A DNA stretch of 64,000 nucleotides from the human T2T-CHM13v2.0 reference genome, Homo sapiens. Where the stretch lies: NCBI RefSeq assembly GCF_009914755.1, contig NC_060925.1; one strand, written 5' to 3'. The notes beneath the pieces are model-generated. The model saw nothing but the letters and a program-made list of their open reading frames with translations. It did no database searches and was not told the DNA's origin. Below, one piece after another: positions 39,931-57,479 of the stretch; the first letter of the stretch is position 1; every line of letters starts with the position of its first letter. A program made the translations under genes and the position numbers.

Positions 39931-40944
39931 TAAAATATAGTTCTTTATTTACCTGTGAATACAGTTATGTTGCATCAGGAAATTAGATTTAAGATATTTT
40001 CAACTGTAGGACTCGTGACTTTTTACCCCATCAACAGTGCCCAAGATATATTGTTTAGTAAAGAGGTGGGGTGGAGGAAGCAAGCATGGGACAGAATAAA
40101 TGAGGTGATCCCATTTCTTAAGTATCATATAATTTCTAATTTAACTGTTACTGGTTGAATACATTTCTGTATGTATTTTATGACTGGTTCAAGAAAATAT
40201 CTATTCTCTCTTCCCCCACTGGAGGAAACAGGAATGTGAGAGGAAATAACAACATTTATCCAGTACGTTCTGTTGAGCGCTATATGTCAATAGGCTAGGC
40301 TTTGAGATACCAAATTAAATAAACGTTATTTTTAACTCCAGTCTTGTGGCACTATTACTACAAATGCATAGAAAATTTGTACAACTGAGTATGAGTAGAC
40401 CTGTGGTAGTAACACAGTTTAATTCTTCTGGTTGTTACCTGGGAGGGTTTCATACTGGAGCTTGACCTTAAGAAATATATAGTGTTTTGCTAAGGGGTAA
40501 AAGGCATTCCAGGTAGGGAAAACAGCTTGCACAAAGGCATGGAGTTAATGGAGTTATATTTGAGAAGGAACTGCAAGGAGACGAAGCTGGAGATATTACT
40601 ATAAATAAAGTATTTATTGAACACTTAACCATATTTTAGACATTGTTCTAAATGTTTTACGTTTATTCCTAACAACAGTCTTTTGAAATAATTCTTTTTA
40701 TTGTCTTCATTTTACAGGTGAGGAATAAGTAAAAATGGTATCTAATTATGAGAGTCCTTAAGTTCGAATTAACCATGTGGAAGGTAAAAGGCAGAATAAA
40801 ACATTTAAATCAAAGTCTTTCAAATGAATTTAGATTCAAAGAACTCAAGAATCATTCAGGGGTTAAAAAAGGTTTTATATTAAATTACAAAGTGAAATTC
40901 ATTATTAAAATTCTATTTGCTATATTAAGTCATGCATTGCTTAA

Positions 40945-41586
<642 letters not shown>

Positions 41587-41789
41587 GGTTAGGCAATTTT
41601 ATTGTTGTGTGAACATCATAGAGTGCACTTATACAAACATAGATGCTATATACACACCCAAGCTGTATGGTATATGGTATAGTCTATTGCTCCTAGGCTA
41701 CAAACCTGTACCTCATGTTACTGTACTGAATACTATAGGCAGTTGTAACACAATGGTCAGTTTTTTTTTTTTTTTTGTCTAAACATGTC

Positions 41790-42080
41790 TTTTTTTTAGA
41801 CAGTGTCTGGATCTGTCGCCTAGGCTTTAGTGCAGCAGCATAGTCTTGGCTTACTGCAACCTCCGCCTCCCAGGTGCAAGTGCTTCTCCTGCCTCAGCCT
41901 CCCCTGTAGCTGGGACTACAGGTGTGGGCCATCATGCCCTGCTAATTTTTTTTTTTTTCCAGTTAAAACGGGGTTTTGCCATGTTGGCCAGGCTAGTCTC
42001 GAACTCCTGGCCTCAAGTGATCTGCCCACTTTGGCCTCCCAAAGTGCTGGGATTACGGGTATGAGCCACTGCTCCCAGCC
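41790..42080 (-). mobile_element. Alu
   Basis: TSD tctaaacatgtctt. Confidence 0.93.
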
Positions 42081-43389
42081 TCTAAACATGTCTTAACATA
42101 GAGAAGGTTCAGTTAAAATATGGCATAAAAGATCAAAAACGGTGTACCTGTATAAGGTGTAGTTACCATGAATGGAGCTTGCAGGACTGGAAGTTGCTGT
42201 GGGTGAATCATTGAGTGAGTTATGAGTGAATGTGAAGGCCTAGCATATTATTGCACACGACTGTAGACTTTATAAACACTGTACACTTAGGCTACATGAA
42301 ATTTATTTAAAAAAAATTTTTTAGTTTAAAAAAAATCACTGTCTTCCACTTCTATATCTTGTCCCACTGGAAGGTCTTCAGGGACAGTAAAATGTGTGGA
42401 GCTGTCATTCATATGATAGCAGTACCTTCTTCTGGAATACTTTTTGAAGGATCTGCTTGAGGCTGTTTTATAGTTAACTTTTTTTTTAAGTAGGAGTACA
42501 CTCTAATATAATGATGAAAGTATAGTATAGTAAATACATAAACAAGTAACATAGTCATTTATTATTATTATCAAGCATTAAGTACTGTACCTAATTGTTT
42601 TATATGACTGGCAGTGCAGCAGTAGTTTCATCACCACATACATGTGAGTAATGTGTTGTACTGCGGTATGATGTCAGCTACAGAGTCACTAGGTGATAGG
42701 AATTTTTCAGCTCCATTATAATCTTATGGGACCACTGTTGTGTATGCATTTTTCACTGAAATGTTATGCAGTACATGAGTGTAATACAATCATGGTGCAA
42801 TACTCTAAGAGTTAAGGCACCTTTTATTGTAGATTATACCACAGACAGAAAACTGCATAAATACATAAATAATGCAATGACATCTTTTACAAAACAAAAC
42901 ACCCTTTTAACCACTACCCAGATCAAGAAATAAATCTTTGCCAGCCACTGCAGAAGCCTTCCACATGGCCCTTCCCAGTCACAGCCCCTTTCCTCTCACC
43001 TAAAAGTAATTGCTATCCTGACTTCTGTATAATCGCATCTTTGTGTTTCCTATAATTTCATCACCCAAATGTGCATTCCTGAAAACTATAATTTAGTTGT
43101 GTTTGTGGTTTTTTTTTTATCTATGTCTCTTAACCTACATATCCCCCTGCCACCTCCCTTTCCCTTTCTTTCTTACAGTTTATTCCCTGAAGCAGCCAGT
43201 TATTTTGACCTGTACAGATTCTGTAGTCTAGATTATGCTGATTGCATACTTTTTCTTCATCCTTTGTATTTCCCATAAATTGGTAGTTGGATCTAAAACC
43301 TTGATCAAATTTAGGTTTTGCTTTGAGTTTTGTTTTTTTTCCACTTCCTAGGAGTTAGTGTGGTATATTCACCATCAGGAGATATATAA

Positions 43390-43670
43390 AGCCAGGCATG
43401 GTGGTTCTCACCTGTAATCCCAGCACTTTGGGAGGCCCAGGCAGGAGGATAACTTGAGCCCAGGAGTTTGAGACCAGTCTGGGCAACGTAATGAGACCCT
43501 GTGTCTATAAAAAGTAAAAAACATTAGGGAGGTGTGGTGGTACATGCCTGTAATTCCAGCTACTGAGGTGGGAGGATCACTTCAGCCTAGGAGATTGAGT
43601 CTGCAGTGAACTGTGATGGCACCATGCATTCCAGCCTGGGCAACAGAGCAAGATTCTGTCTTGCAAAAAA
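43390..43670 (+). mobile_element. Alu (AluJ-type)
   Basis: Diverged dimeric Alu. Confidence 0.92.
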
Positions 43671-44652
43671 GAGAGTTATAGTGTCTAGTTTTCTCTCTTT
43701 TTGTGATTTTAGCAGCCACTGATGCTTGACACCTAGATCAGTGAATTTATTAAAGCTTGCAATATGGTGATATTTGAATTCTGTTATTTCTTCACTTATA
43801 AGGTGGAATGCTTCCACAGAAAGAAACCTTTTCTTTTCTGCTATCTGGTTAGTAGTTGTACCTAGTGGTGCAGTTCAATTAGGAAAAGTTGGATATTTGC
43901 TTCTTCATTTACCAGTTATCAAAATAATATGTTAATTTCGTGTTATTACCTAAAAGTGACCAGTGAGTTCTTCTTGTCATTATGAACCTTTTGATTTAAT
44001 TATTTGTGCTTCAGTTTATTACAGCTCTTGTCCTTATTTTTGCTCAATTGTCCCATCTTGGACCAATGGGAGCCTCTTTAAGCTGGCTCCTTAGTGCTTT
44101 TGACATGGCTTTAGTGATCTTTGATAGCTTCCTTGCTGTCTGTAGTAATATGTTCCAGGCTCCTCTTAGACATTTCCTGACCCAGATCTAGAATCAGCTT
44201 TTTTTCCTAAGAAGAGGTTGCTTCCTTTTATTGGGAAATGGTATTTCAAGATCACAATTGGAATTTAGGGATGCTCATTGCTACTAGGTTGGCAGTTGTT
44301 TCTAGGCTTTTCTTATGGACAGAGCCACGATATGCATACTGACACTTCCAATCCACATACAAGATTTCAAGATTTTTTAAATTATCATCTTCTATTTACA
44401 TCTGTATCTCCTTGTATCCCAAACTGATAATCCTGATTCTCAAAGACACAGTTGATGGTCAAATTAGAGTATCACGGAAATATTCAGTTGCGTTATCCCA
44501 CTTTACACACTCAGTGTTCTCCAAATAATAATACAAATATCTCTACTATTAATATGATTACTGAAAATAGTTAAATTTTTTTCACATAGGCTCTTTCCAT
44601 TCTTCCTTATTTTTTGGTTGTACTGTATCTGTGTTGTCAGAGCATATTGATA

Positions 44653-47081
<2,429 letters not shown>

Positions 47082-47476
47082 CTATGTATTCTTTCCCTTT
47101 TAACTCTCATTTATTCCTAGTTCTGCAAGTAAATCCATATTGAGTGCTCACTACCTCTTTTTAGGTCACTGGCTTTATAGTCATTCTTCTTGTCCAGAGC
47201 TTGTTCTGTAGTAAATTCCTCAGGAAGAGCTCATGGAACAATAATCTCTGAATTGTTTCATGTTGCAAACAGTTTGTCTGTGACCTTTGTACTTGAAAAT
47301 TTGTCTGGATGTAAAATCCTAGGTTCACATTTTCTCTTCTTGAATATCTTAAATATGTTACTCTATTGTTTTCTGACACTGAGGGTTGTTAACAAAGTCT
47401 GTGGCTAATCTCTTTTGCTTTTCCCTTTTAAATGACTTGGTCTTTTGTGTATCCAAAGGATTTTTTTTTCACATTA

Positions 47477-47770
<294 letters not shown>

Positions 47771-48002
47771 TACTCTGTTTTGTTTGAATATATGAAATTG
47801 TATATTTGTATATAATTTGTATATTTACTTTCATGTTTTATCTGTTGTGTTTATTTGCCCTTGTACTTTTTATGGTTTCATATTCAATTTTGAAATTATT
47901 TTTCTTTCTAAATTTCTAATATTTTATCACCACATTTGTAAGTTTAAAAAATATTATTTTATGCTGTGAGTTTATGTCTAGCATTGGCTTCTTGTACTTC
48001 AT

Positions 48003-48163
48003 TTAGAGACAAACTCTCACTGTGTTCCCCAGGTTGGAATGCAGTGGCTATTCACAGGTGCAATCACAGCTTCCTGCAGCCTTGAACTCCTGGCCTCAAG
48101 TGATTCTCTAGCCTCAGCCTCCCAAGTAGCTGGGATTGCAGGCACACACCACTGTGCCTGGCT
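48003..48163 (-). mobile_element. Alu monomer (FRAM/FAM-like)
   Basis: Single diverged antisense monomer. Confidence 0.85.
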
Positions 48164-49049
48164 AGCATTGCTTCTTAATTTTTTCTGGATTATTTTGACA
48201 TCATAGGTTATAGTTTTTATATCTTGTAGGAATGTGTTTCTCACATGCTTTCATTGTCTGTAGGGATATTTTTATTCTTGTATTTTTTCTTATAATGTTG
48301 TAAAAGATTTAACTTTGATACTATCCCATTGTTTGCTTTTCTTTTTTTGTCTGAAATTAATTTTTTCAACTTTTAGAAGAGGAAGTTTGATTTAGGATAA
48401 CTTTTCTAATTTATGCTCTACAGCACCCTCTTCTGTTGTTTTCAAGTAGTGTTTGAAAATACTGTTTACTATCTGAGATCTCTAGGCTGTTTCTTTCTTA
48501 CCCTTTGTTCCTATGGTCTCACATAGTATTCTGTTCCTTGCAGTTTCTCTTCGCAGGAGGCTCTGTTCTGAAAGGGAGCTTTAACTGGTTAATTTTGAGT
48601 CTTCAAGGGTCCAGGCTGCTCCAAGCCCAATAGACATTACCTTGAACTCCTTGCACTTGCTTACAGTGCTGTTTACTGGACTGTGTGGAATGCCTCCCAG
48701 TTCAGCTGCTGCTCTCAAATTGGTCCTTTAAGTTTTCCAGTGAGTTCTTTTAGTGATGTAGGGATCTTCCCGAGGTGGATAAGATACCCTATTACTTCAC
48801 TCTGCTACCTTTCGGGTTTTGTAGCTGTTGGTAGGTTGTTACCTCCTATTCATATTTTGGGATTTGTAGAAATACTTTGTCATCTAGTTTTCTAGTTTCG
48901 TTGTATGTGTTGTCCATGGGTTTTGGGTTTTGCTATCCTAGTTGCTCAGTCAGGTTTTTTCTTGGGAGGTGGAGGATGGGTTCAAGGAGCTTCAAAATAA
49001 TCCCATTTATCTCAAATCACTAGAATAAAGATAGAATTTTTAATAAATG

Positions 49050-50350
49050 CCAGTAGAATAATTGGTTAGCCATTGGAAATGCGATAAAATGAGATCTACA
49101 TCTCATACCATATGTAAGGATAAATCCATTAAAGTATACAAGTGCCAGAGAAAAACATGGGTGGATTCCTCTATAACCTGGGTGTAGGGAAAGCTTTTGT
49201 AAGTGTGATTCAAAAATCCAGATGCAACAAAAGAAAATATTGATACATTTGACTATATAAAATTAAAAAGCTTCTGTGTGGTAAAAACCCACCATAACAA
49301 AAGACAAATGACAAACTTATAGAACATATCTGTAATATATATCACAGATATAGGGCTAATAAGTATATAGATGATTCTTAAACATGTGATTAACCTCACT
49401 TAAAATATGAGAAATGCAAATTTAATCTATACTAAGATACTGTTTCACATACTACTTTGGCAAAAACTTAAAAATGCAACAATATACTTTATTGGTGAGA
49501 CTGTGAAGAAACTGGAACTCTCTTAAAATCCTAGTGGTAATGCAGAGGTGCAGCCTTTGTGGAGGGGAATTTGATTATAGCTAACAAAACTGCGTATGCA
49601 TTTATGTATTGACTCAGTAGTCCCACTGAGGATACAGCTCTGAAAGTGTTCAAATACAGATGTGTAGGGTTATTCATTGGGCATTTCTTGTTATTACAAA
49701 CTATTGGAGACAACCTAAATGCCCATACATGCATAAGAGGTGGTTGAATAAACTATGGTACTTACACACAATGGAGTGTTACAGAGCTGTGAAGAAAAAT
49801 GAAGGTGCTTTCTATGGACTGATAGAAAGTGATTTCTAGGAAACATTAAGTGAAAAGTACAAAAGACTAGATATGCTATCTTTTATGTAAGAAAGAAGGG
49901 AAAATCAAATATGTTATTTGCTCATTTTGTACAAAAAGAAGATGGATAAATAAGGAAATGATGAAACTGGTTACTTAGAGGGTATGAGTAAGAACGGGGT
50001 CAAAAGGAGGGGGTGGTTGAACAAGGTAAGAGGATATTATTGGGATAATCAGAGAAATTGGAATAAGGTCTGATTAGTTTTAGTATTCTATCCATGTTAA
50101 TTTCATGATTTTGATAATTGTACTATAGTTATATAAGAGAAAGTCTTTGTTTTTAGAATGTAAACACTGAAATATTTAGAAGTAACAATCTCAGATGGCT
50201 TAGGAAAAAATGCATGTGTGTGTATATATAGAGAAGAATAAAGCAAATTTGTTAGAACATTAATTGGGAAATCTAGATGGAAGGCATAGAGAATTCAGTG
50301 TATTATTCTAGCAGATTTTCAGTATGTTTGCAATCATATCAGAATTAAAA
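49050..50350 (+). mobile_element. Ancient L1 (L1MC/L1ME) 3' fragment
   Basis: ttgactatataaaattaaaaag, gttgaataaactatggtac, ttgataattgtactatagttatataaga. Confidence 0.7.
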
Positions 50351-50614
50351 GTTTATTTTAAAAATACTGTGCAATTGCTATAAGCCGTTTTCCCAGAATT
50401 CCGTCTGTAAGATGACTTATGTGGCTCTTCTGCCTTTTTTCTAAAGGACTTCCATATTTTTATGGAACACTATTTTATAGTTGCTGTGGAGGAACCCAAT
50501 TTTATGAGTGTAGTGAATCTTATAAACAAGTTATGCAATGTGCTTTAGTTATCAACTTTTGCATTGGTATTATATATAATTTTTAAAATAGTCTTTACAT
50601 TAAAAAAATGGTTT

Positions 50615-51960
50615 AAATATATTTAGGAGGTATAAGTGCAGATTTCTTACATGCATATATTAGACAGCAGTGAAGTCTGGGCTTTTAGTGTACCCATCAC
50701 CTGAATAGTGAATGTTCTACCCAATAGGTAATTTTGCAACCCTCACCCCGCCACCCTCCCACCTTTTGTAATCTGCAGTGTCTGTTATTCCACTCTGTAT
50801 GTCTATGTGTACACATCGTTAAGCTCCCACTTATAAGTGAGAACATTTGATATTTGACTTTGTTTCAAAGTTATTTCATGGGATAATAGCCTCCAGTTCT
50901 GTCCATGTTGCTGTGAAAGACATGATTTCATTCTTTTTTATGGCTGAGTAGTATTCCATGGTATATATGTACATTTTTCTTATCCAGTCCTCCATTGATA
51001 GGCACTTAGGTTGATTCCATATCTTTACTGTTGTGAATAGTGCTATGATAAACATACCAGTGCAGGTATCTTTTATATATATATATTTTCTTTCCCTTTG
51101 GATGTATACCCAATAGGGGGATTGCTGGATGGAATGGTAGTTCTGTTTTTAGTTCTTTGAGAAATCACCATACTGTTTTCCATAAAGATGGTAATAATTT
51201 ATATTCTCACCACAGTGTGTAAGCATTCCTTTTTCTCCACATCCTTGCCAACATCTGTTGTTTTTTGACTTTTTAATAATAGCCATTTTGACTGGTATAG
51301 GATGGTAATCTCCTTGTGGTTTTAGTTTGCATTTCTCTGATGATTAGTGATGTTGAGCATTTTTTCATGTTTTTGGCCCCTTTGTATGTCTTCTTTTGAA
51401 AAATGTCTGTTCATGTTGTTTGCCCACTTTTTAATAGGGTTACTTGTTTTTTTCTTGTTGAGCTGAGTTCCTTGTGTATTCTGGATATTAGCCCTTTATT
51501 GGATGCATAGTTTGCAAATATTTTTTGCCATTCTGTAGGTTGTCTGTTTACTCCATAGACTGTTCCTTTGTTGTGTAGAAGCTTTTTAGTTTAAGTCTCA
51601 TTTGTCTATTTTTGTTTTTGTTGTGCTTGGTTTTGGGACTTGGTCATAAATTCTTTGCCTAGGCCAATGGCTAGAAGAGCTTTTCTCTTGTTTTATAAAC
51701 AAGTTATAAGATGTGCTTATCAGCTTCTGGGATTTGTGTAGTTTTAGGTCTTACGATAAGGTCATTAATCCATCTTGAGTTAATTTTTGTATGTGGTGAG
51801 AGGTAGGGGTCCAGTTTCATTCTACATGGCTATGTAATTTTCCCAGCACTGTTTATTGAATGGGGTGTCCTTTCCCCAGTGCATATTTTTGTTGACTTTG
51901 TAGACATCAGTAGGTTGTAGGTGTGTGATGTTATTTCAGGGTTCTGTATTGTGTTTGTAT
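50615..51960 (-). mobile_element. L1 (L1PB/L1MA-type) 3' fragment
   Basis: gtacccatcacctgaatagtg, gctcccacttataagtgagaac, tggctgagtagtattccatgg, gcatttctctgatgattagtgatgttgagc. Confidence 0.88.
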
Positions 51961-52181
51961 AGAAATTTTAGAATTCACATGTTGGGATTTTGGTGGAGAT
52001 TGCTTCTGATAGATAGATCACTTTCTAATATTGGTTATATTGCCGTATTTTTTTGGATCAGTCTTGCCATGAGCTTATAAAATGTGTTAATTTTTCCCAA
52101 AATTAAACTTTTAGTGTAGTTTTCTCTCATGTCTTTTTTATTTCATTATTTTTTGCTTCTATCTGTGTTTTTATATTTTTC

Positions 52182-52595
<414 letters not shown>

Positions 52596-53873
52596 ATTTT
52601 TATTTATTTTAAATTATTTTAGGCACTGGACAACATGTTGAACCTTCTTCTTAAATATACGCATTTAAGGTTATAAAGTTCTTTGTGAACACTGCTTTAG
52701 TTGGAGCCTACAGATTTTTTGTTATAAACCTTTTCATTTTGTAAGTCTGTTGTTACATATATTACTCATTTCAAAATATTTTCTGATTTCTTTGACCCAT
52801 GACTTTTCACCACCCCAAAGTTCAGTGGTTTCAGCGATTATCTTTTACCCTCAGTTCTGTGGGTGGCTGGGCAGTTCCTCTGCTGGTTTTGTCTAGGTTC
52901 ACTTGTAAGACTGTTGATTTCTTTTTTCCATTATTTCATTTTTTGTTGGGAACAGGCCCCTAAAACTGGCCATAAACAAAATCTCTGCAGCACTGTGAGA
53001 TGTTTGCAATGGCCACGATGCCCATGCTGAAGGTTGCAGGTTTACCGGAATGAGGGCAAGGGACACCTGGCCCACCCAGGTTGGAAAACTGCTTAAGGCT
53101 TTCTTAAACCACAAACAATAGCATGAGCAATCTGTGCCTTAAGGACATGTTCCTGCTGCAGATAACTAGCCAGACCCATCCCCTTGTTTTGGCCCATCCC
53201 TTTATTTCCCATAAGAAATGCTTTTAGTTAATCTCTAATCTATAGAAACAATGCTTATACTGGCTTGCTATCAATAAATATGTGGGTAAATCTCTGTTTG
53301 GGGCTCTCAGCTCTGAAGGCTGTGAGACCCCTGATTGCCCACTCCACACTCTATATTTCTGTGTGTGTGTGTCTTTAATTCCTCTAGCGCCACTGGGTTA
53401 AGGTCTCCACGACCAAGGTGGTCTTGGCAAGTGGCGCCCATACATGGGGCTCAAACCCAGGTTGAGGGGTCGCTGGAGTGATGGTTGGAGAACATGGAAC
53501 TAAGCAGGAGGACACCCGGGTACTCTAAGCAGTCCCCATGGTGGGTAAGAAGGGGAGCTCGGAAGCATCAGGGTAACATTGGGACAAGTGTGGGCTCTGG
53601 TTCGTTCCACCTTGGAACCTTTTCACACTGATGTGGAAGGAGAGTATAACGAAGTAACAGAGCAGGTTTGTTTGCCACCTAAAGTAAAAACAGCAAAGGA
53701 GGAAGAGGTTCATCCCTACCCTCCTGCACCCCCTCCTTATTTTGAAGAAAAGGAGTGGCCTGACCCTCCAGATCTTTCTTTTCCAGAGGACACTGGGCGA
53801 AAAGTAGTTGCCCCAGTGACTGTTCGAGCAGTGCCTCTTCAGTGCTGTAAAACAGGGACCAAAAGAACTGTAC

Positions 53874-54755
53874 ATGGATTTTATAGCTCGGTTACAGGAG
53901 TCTCTTAAAAAGGTGATTGCAGATTCAGCTGCTCAGGATATAGCGTTGCGGTTATTAGCTTTCGGCAATGCTAATCCCGAGTGCCAGGCTGCTCTGCGAC
54001 CTATTAGAGGGAAAGTACATTTAGTTGATTATATCAAGGCCTGTGATGGTATCGTAGGTAATCTGCCTAAGGCTACTCTGCTAGCCCAAGCAATGGCAGG
54101 ACTGAGAGTGGGTAAAGGAAATACTCAGTTTCCTGGAGCTTGTTCTAACTGTGGGAAGCATGGTCATACTAAAAAAGAATGTAGAAAAAATCAGCGAATC
54201 AGGCTGCCAGATAGGGGAAAAAAGAAAACTGCTGAGCCTGAAATATGTCCAAAATGTGAAAAAGGAAAACATTGGGCTAATTGGTGTCACTCTAACTTTG
54301 ATAAAGATGGGAACCCAATTTCGGGCCCCATTCCAAATGGGAGCATTTCCGGCTCAGGCCATTCCCTCACCCCTGGGCAATGTCTGTCCCCTGCCACAGC
54401 TGGTAGTGCCGTGGTAGATTTATGCTGCACAAAAGCTGTGAGCCTTCTGCCTGGGGAACCCCTGCAAAAGGTCCCAACAGGAGTCTGTGGACCCTTGCCA
54501 GCGGGGACAATAGGATTACTTCTAGGAAGGTCTAATTTAAATTTAAAAGGAGTACAAATACATACAGGAGTCATTGATTCAGATTACAATGGAGAAATTC
54601 AAATTGTTACATCTACTTCTGTTCCCTGGAAAGCAGAGCCAGGAGAGCGCATAGCACAGCTCCTGATTGTGCCGTATGTGGAAATGGGGAAAAGTGAAAT
54701 TAAACAGGAGGATTTGGAAGCACAAATAGACAAGGCAAAGCAGCTTATTGGGTGA
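53874..54755 (+). pseudogene. HERV gag C-terminus (CA end, two CCHC knuckles) in frame with dUTPase
   Basis: CSNCGKHGHTKKEC and CPKCEKGKHWANWC, then AGSAVVDL, GLLLGRSNL, GVIDSDYNGEI, GERIAQLLI. Confidence 0.9.
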
Positions 54756-55045
54756 ATCAAATTACTGATAAATGTCCTACCTGTGAAATAACTATTCAGG
54801 GAAAGAAATTTAAGGGTTGGGTAGATACAGGAGCGGACATTTCAATCATTTCTCTACAGCACTGGCTGTCTGCGTGGCCAATTCAACCTGTTCAATTTAA
54901 CATAGTTGGAGTTGGTAAAGCCCCTGAAGTATATCAAAGTAGTTATATTTTGCATTATGAAGGACCTGATGGACAACCTGGGACTATTCAACCGATTGTA
55001 ACTTCTGTACCTATAAATCTGTGGGGAAGAGATTTATTACAATAA
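54752..55045 (+). pseudogene. HERV aspartic protease remnant
   Basis: VDTGADISII and NLWGRDLL motifs, premature stop at 55045. Confidence 0.9.
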
Positions 55046-55215
55046 TGGGGAGCAAAAGTTCTAATTCCAGAGCAATTAAACAGCCCTTAGAGTCAACATA
55101 TGATGCCTGAAATCAGGTATGTCCCTGGTATGGGACTAGGAAAAAATTTGCAAGATTTGAAGGAACCGCTTTAAGCGGAAAGACAAAGTTCCTGCCAAGG
55201 TTTAGGATATCATTT

Positions 55216-57477
55216 TTGATGGCAGCCATTGTTCAGCCTCTAGAACCTATACCTTTAAAATGGTTAACAGATAAGCCAATTTGGATAGAACAATGGCCAC
55301 TAAGTAAAGAGAAACTGGAGGCTTTAGAGAACGTCGTTAATAAACAATTAGAAGGACACATAGCTCCAACATTTTCTCCTTGGAATTCACCAGTTTTTGT
55401 AATTAAGAAAAAATCAGGTAAATAGAGAATGTTAACTGATTTAAGAGCCATTAATTCAGTTATACAACCTATGGGAGCATGGGAGCATTGCAGCCAGGAT
55501 TGCCTTCTCCTGCTATGATTAAAAAAAATTGGCCTTTAATAGTCATAGATTTAAAAGACTGTTTCTTTACTATCCCCTTAGCTGAGCAGGACTGTGAATG
55601 GTTTGCATTTACAATTCCTGCAGTAAACAACCTACAGCCTGCTAAGTGTTTTCATTGGAAAGTGTTGCCACAGGGCATGTTAAACAGTCCAATAATTTGC
55701 CAGACTTATGTAGAGCAAGCAATTAAACCTATTGATAAAAAATTTTCACAGTGTTACATTATTCATTATATGGACAATATAATTTGTGCTGCCCCCTATC
55801 GAGAAACATTACCCCAATGTTATGATCACTTGCAAAATTCAGTTTCTAGTGCTGGTTTAATTATAGCTCCTGACAAAATTCAGACTACTACTTCTTACTC
55901 CTACTTAGGGACCTTAGTAAATGACATTACCATTGTGCCACAGAAAGTAGCCATACGTAGGGATCAATTGAAAACATTAAATGACTTTCAAAAATTACTA
56001 AGGGACATTAATTGGATACGACCTGCTCTAGGCATTCCTACCTATGCCATGAGTAATCTATTTTCTATCCTTAGAGGAGATCCTAGTCTCACTAGCCCTT
56101 GGCAATTAACAAAAGAAGCTGAGGCAGAGCTTCAGCTAATCAAAAGCAAGTCCATAAAGCTCAAATAAATAGAATAGATCCAGAAAAGACTCTAGATTTG
56201 CCAGTTTTTCCAACTCAGCATTCATCTACTGGTGTTATTGTCCACAAGCAGGACTTAGTAGAGTGGCTTTTTCTTCCACATACTAATTGACGGACTCTAA
56301 CTCCTTATTTGGATCAAATTGCTACTATGATAGGAAACGGGAGAACTCGGATTGTTAGATTACATGGATATGATCCTGGAAAAATTGTTGTCTCTCTCAT
56401 GAAGGCACAAGTACAGCAAGCTTTTATAAATAGTCTTACTTGGCAAACCCATTTAGCTCACTTTGTGGGTATTCTCGATAATCATTTTCCTAAAACGAAA
56501 CTGTTTCAATTTTTGAAATGAACTAATTGGATCCTCCCTAGAATAACTAAATTTAAACCAATTGAAGGTGCTGAGAATGTTTTTACAGATGGGTCTAGTA
56601 ACGGTAAAGCTTCTTATTTTGGATCAAAAGGTAAAGTTTTCCAGACGCCTTATACTTCAGCTCAAAAAGCGGAGCTTTTGTAGCTGTAATTGAGGTATTG
56701 ACTGCTTTTAATATGCCTATTAATGTGATTTCTGATTCTTCATATGTGGTTCATTCCACACAAATAATTGAAAATGCTCAGTTATGTTTTCTTCTGCCTG
56801 TGTTAAACGTCACCTTTTGCAGTGTTTTGCGGTGATGGGCATTCCAGCTTCTATTAAAACAGATAATGCCCCAGGCTATACTAGCCAAGCTCTAGCTGCA
56901 TTTTTCTCTATGTGGAATATTAAACACAGTACTGGTATCCCATATAATTCTCAAGGACAAGCCATAGTGGAAAAAATGAATCTGTCCCTGAAACAGCAGT
57001 TGCAAAAGCAGAGGGGGATAAACAGGGACTACGGGACACCCCATATGCAATTGAATCTAGCATTATTAACTTTAAATTTTTTTTAGCATGCCTAAAGGCT
57101 AGATGCTATCAGCGGCTGAACAGCATCTACAGAAACCAGCTGCAAAGACAGAAGCAGAACAACTGGTTTGGTGGAGAGATCTGATAACAAAAAGTTGGGA
57201 AATAGGTAAAATAATAACTTGGGGTAGAGGTTATGCTTGTGTTTCTCCAGGACCGAATCAACAGCTGATTTGGATACCATTAAGACACCTGAAACCTTAT
57301 TATGAGCCAGATGCCAAGGAAGAGATTCTGGGAGGATCCCGAGGACCCCGTAGTTGCAGCCATGTCGAGATTGACACTGAGGAGGATCCCAACTGTCATG
57401 AGCAATACCCATCGAACATAGCCACCTACTTGGGGACAGATCAAGAAGCTGTCACAGATGGCGGAATAAAAACCTGA
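55216..57477 (+). pseudogene. HERV pol remnant (RT, RNase H, partial integrase)
   Basis: [48 protein letters not shown] in place of [40 protein letters not shown]. Multiple stops and frameshifts. Confidence 0.92.
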
Positions 57478-57479
57478 GG

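Noticed and set aside
55479-56168. 229-aa RT ORF as an active reverse transcriptase or retron-like system
   Set aside because: Decayed HERV pol: catalytic YMDD is mutated to YMDN, and the N-terminus is cut off by a stop and frameshift
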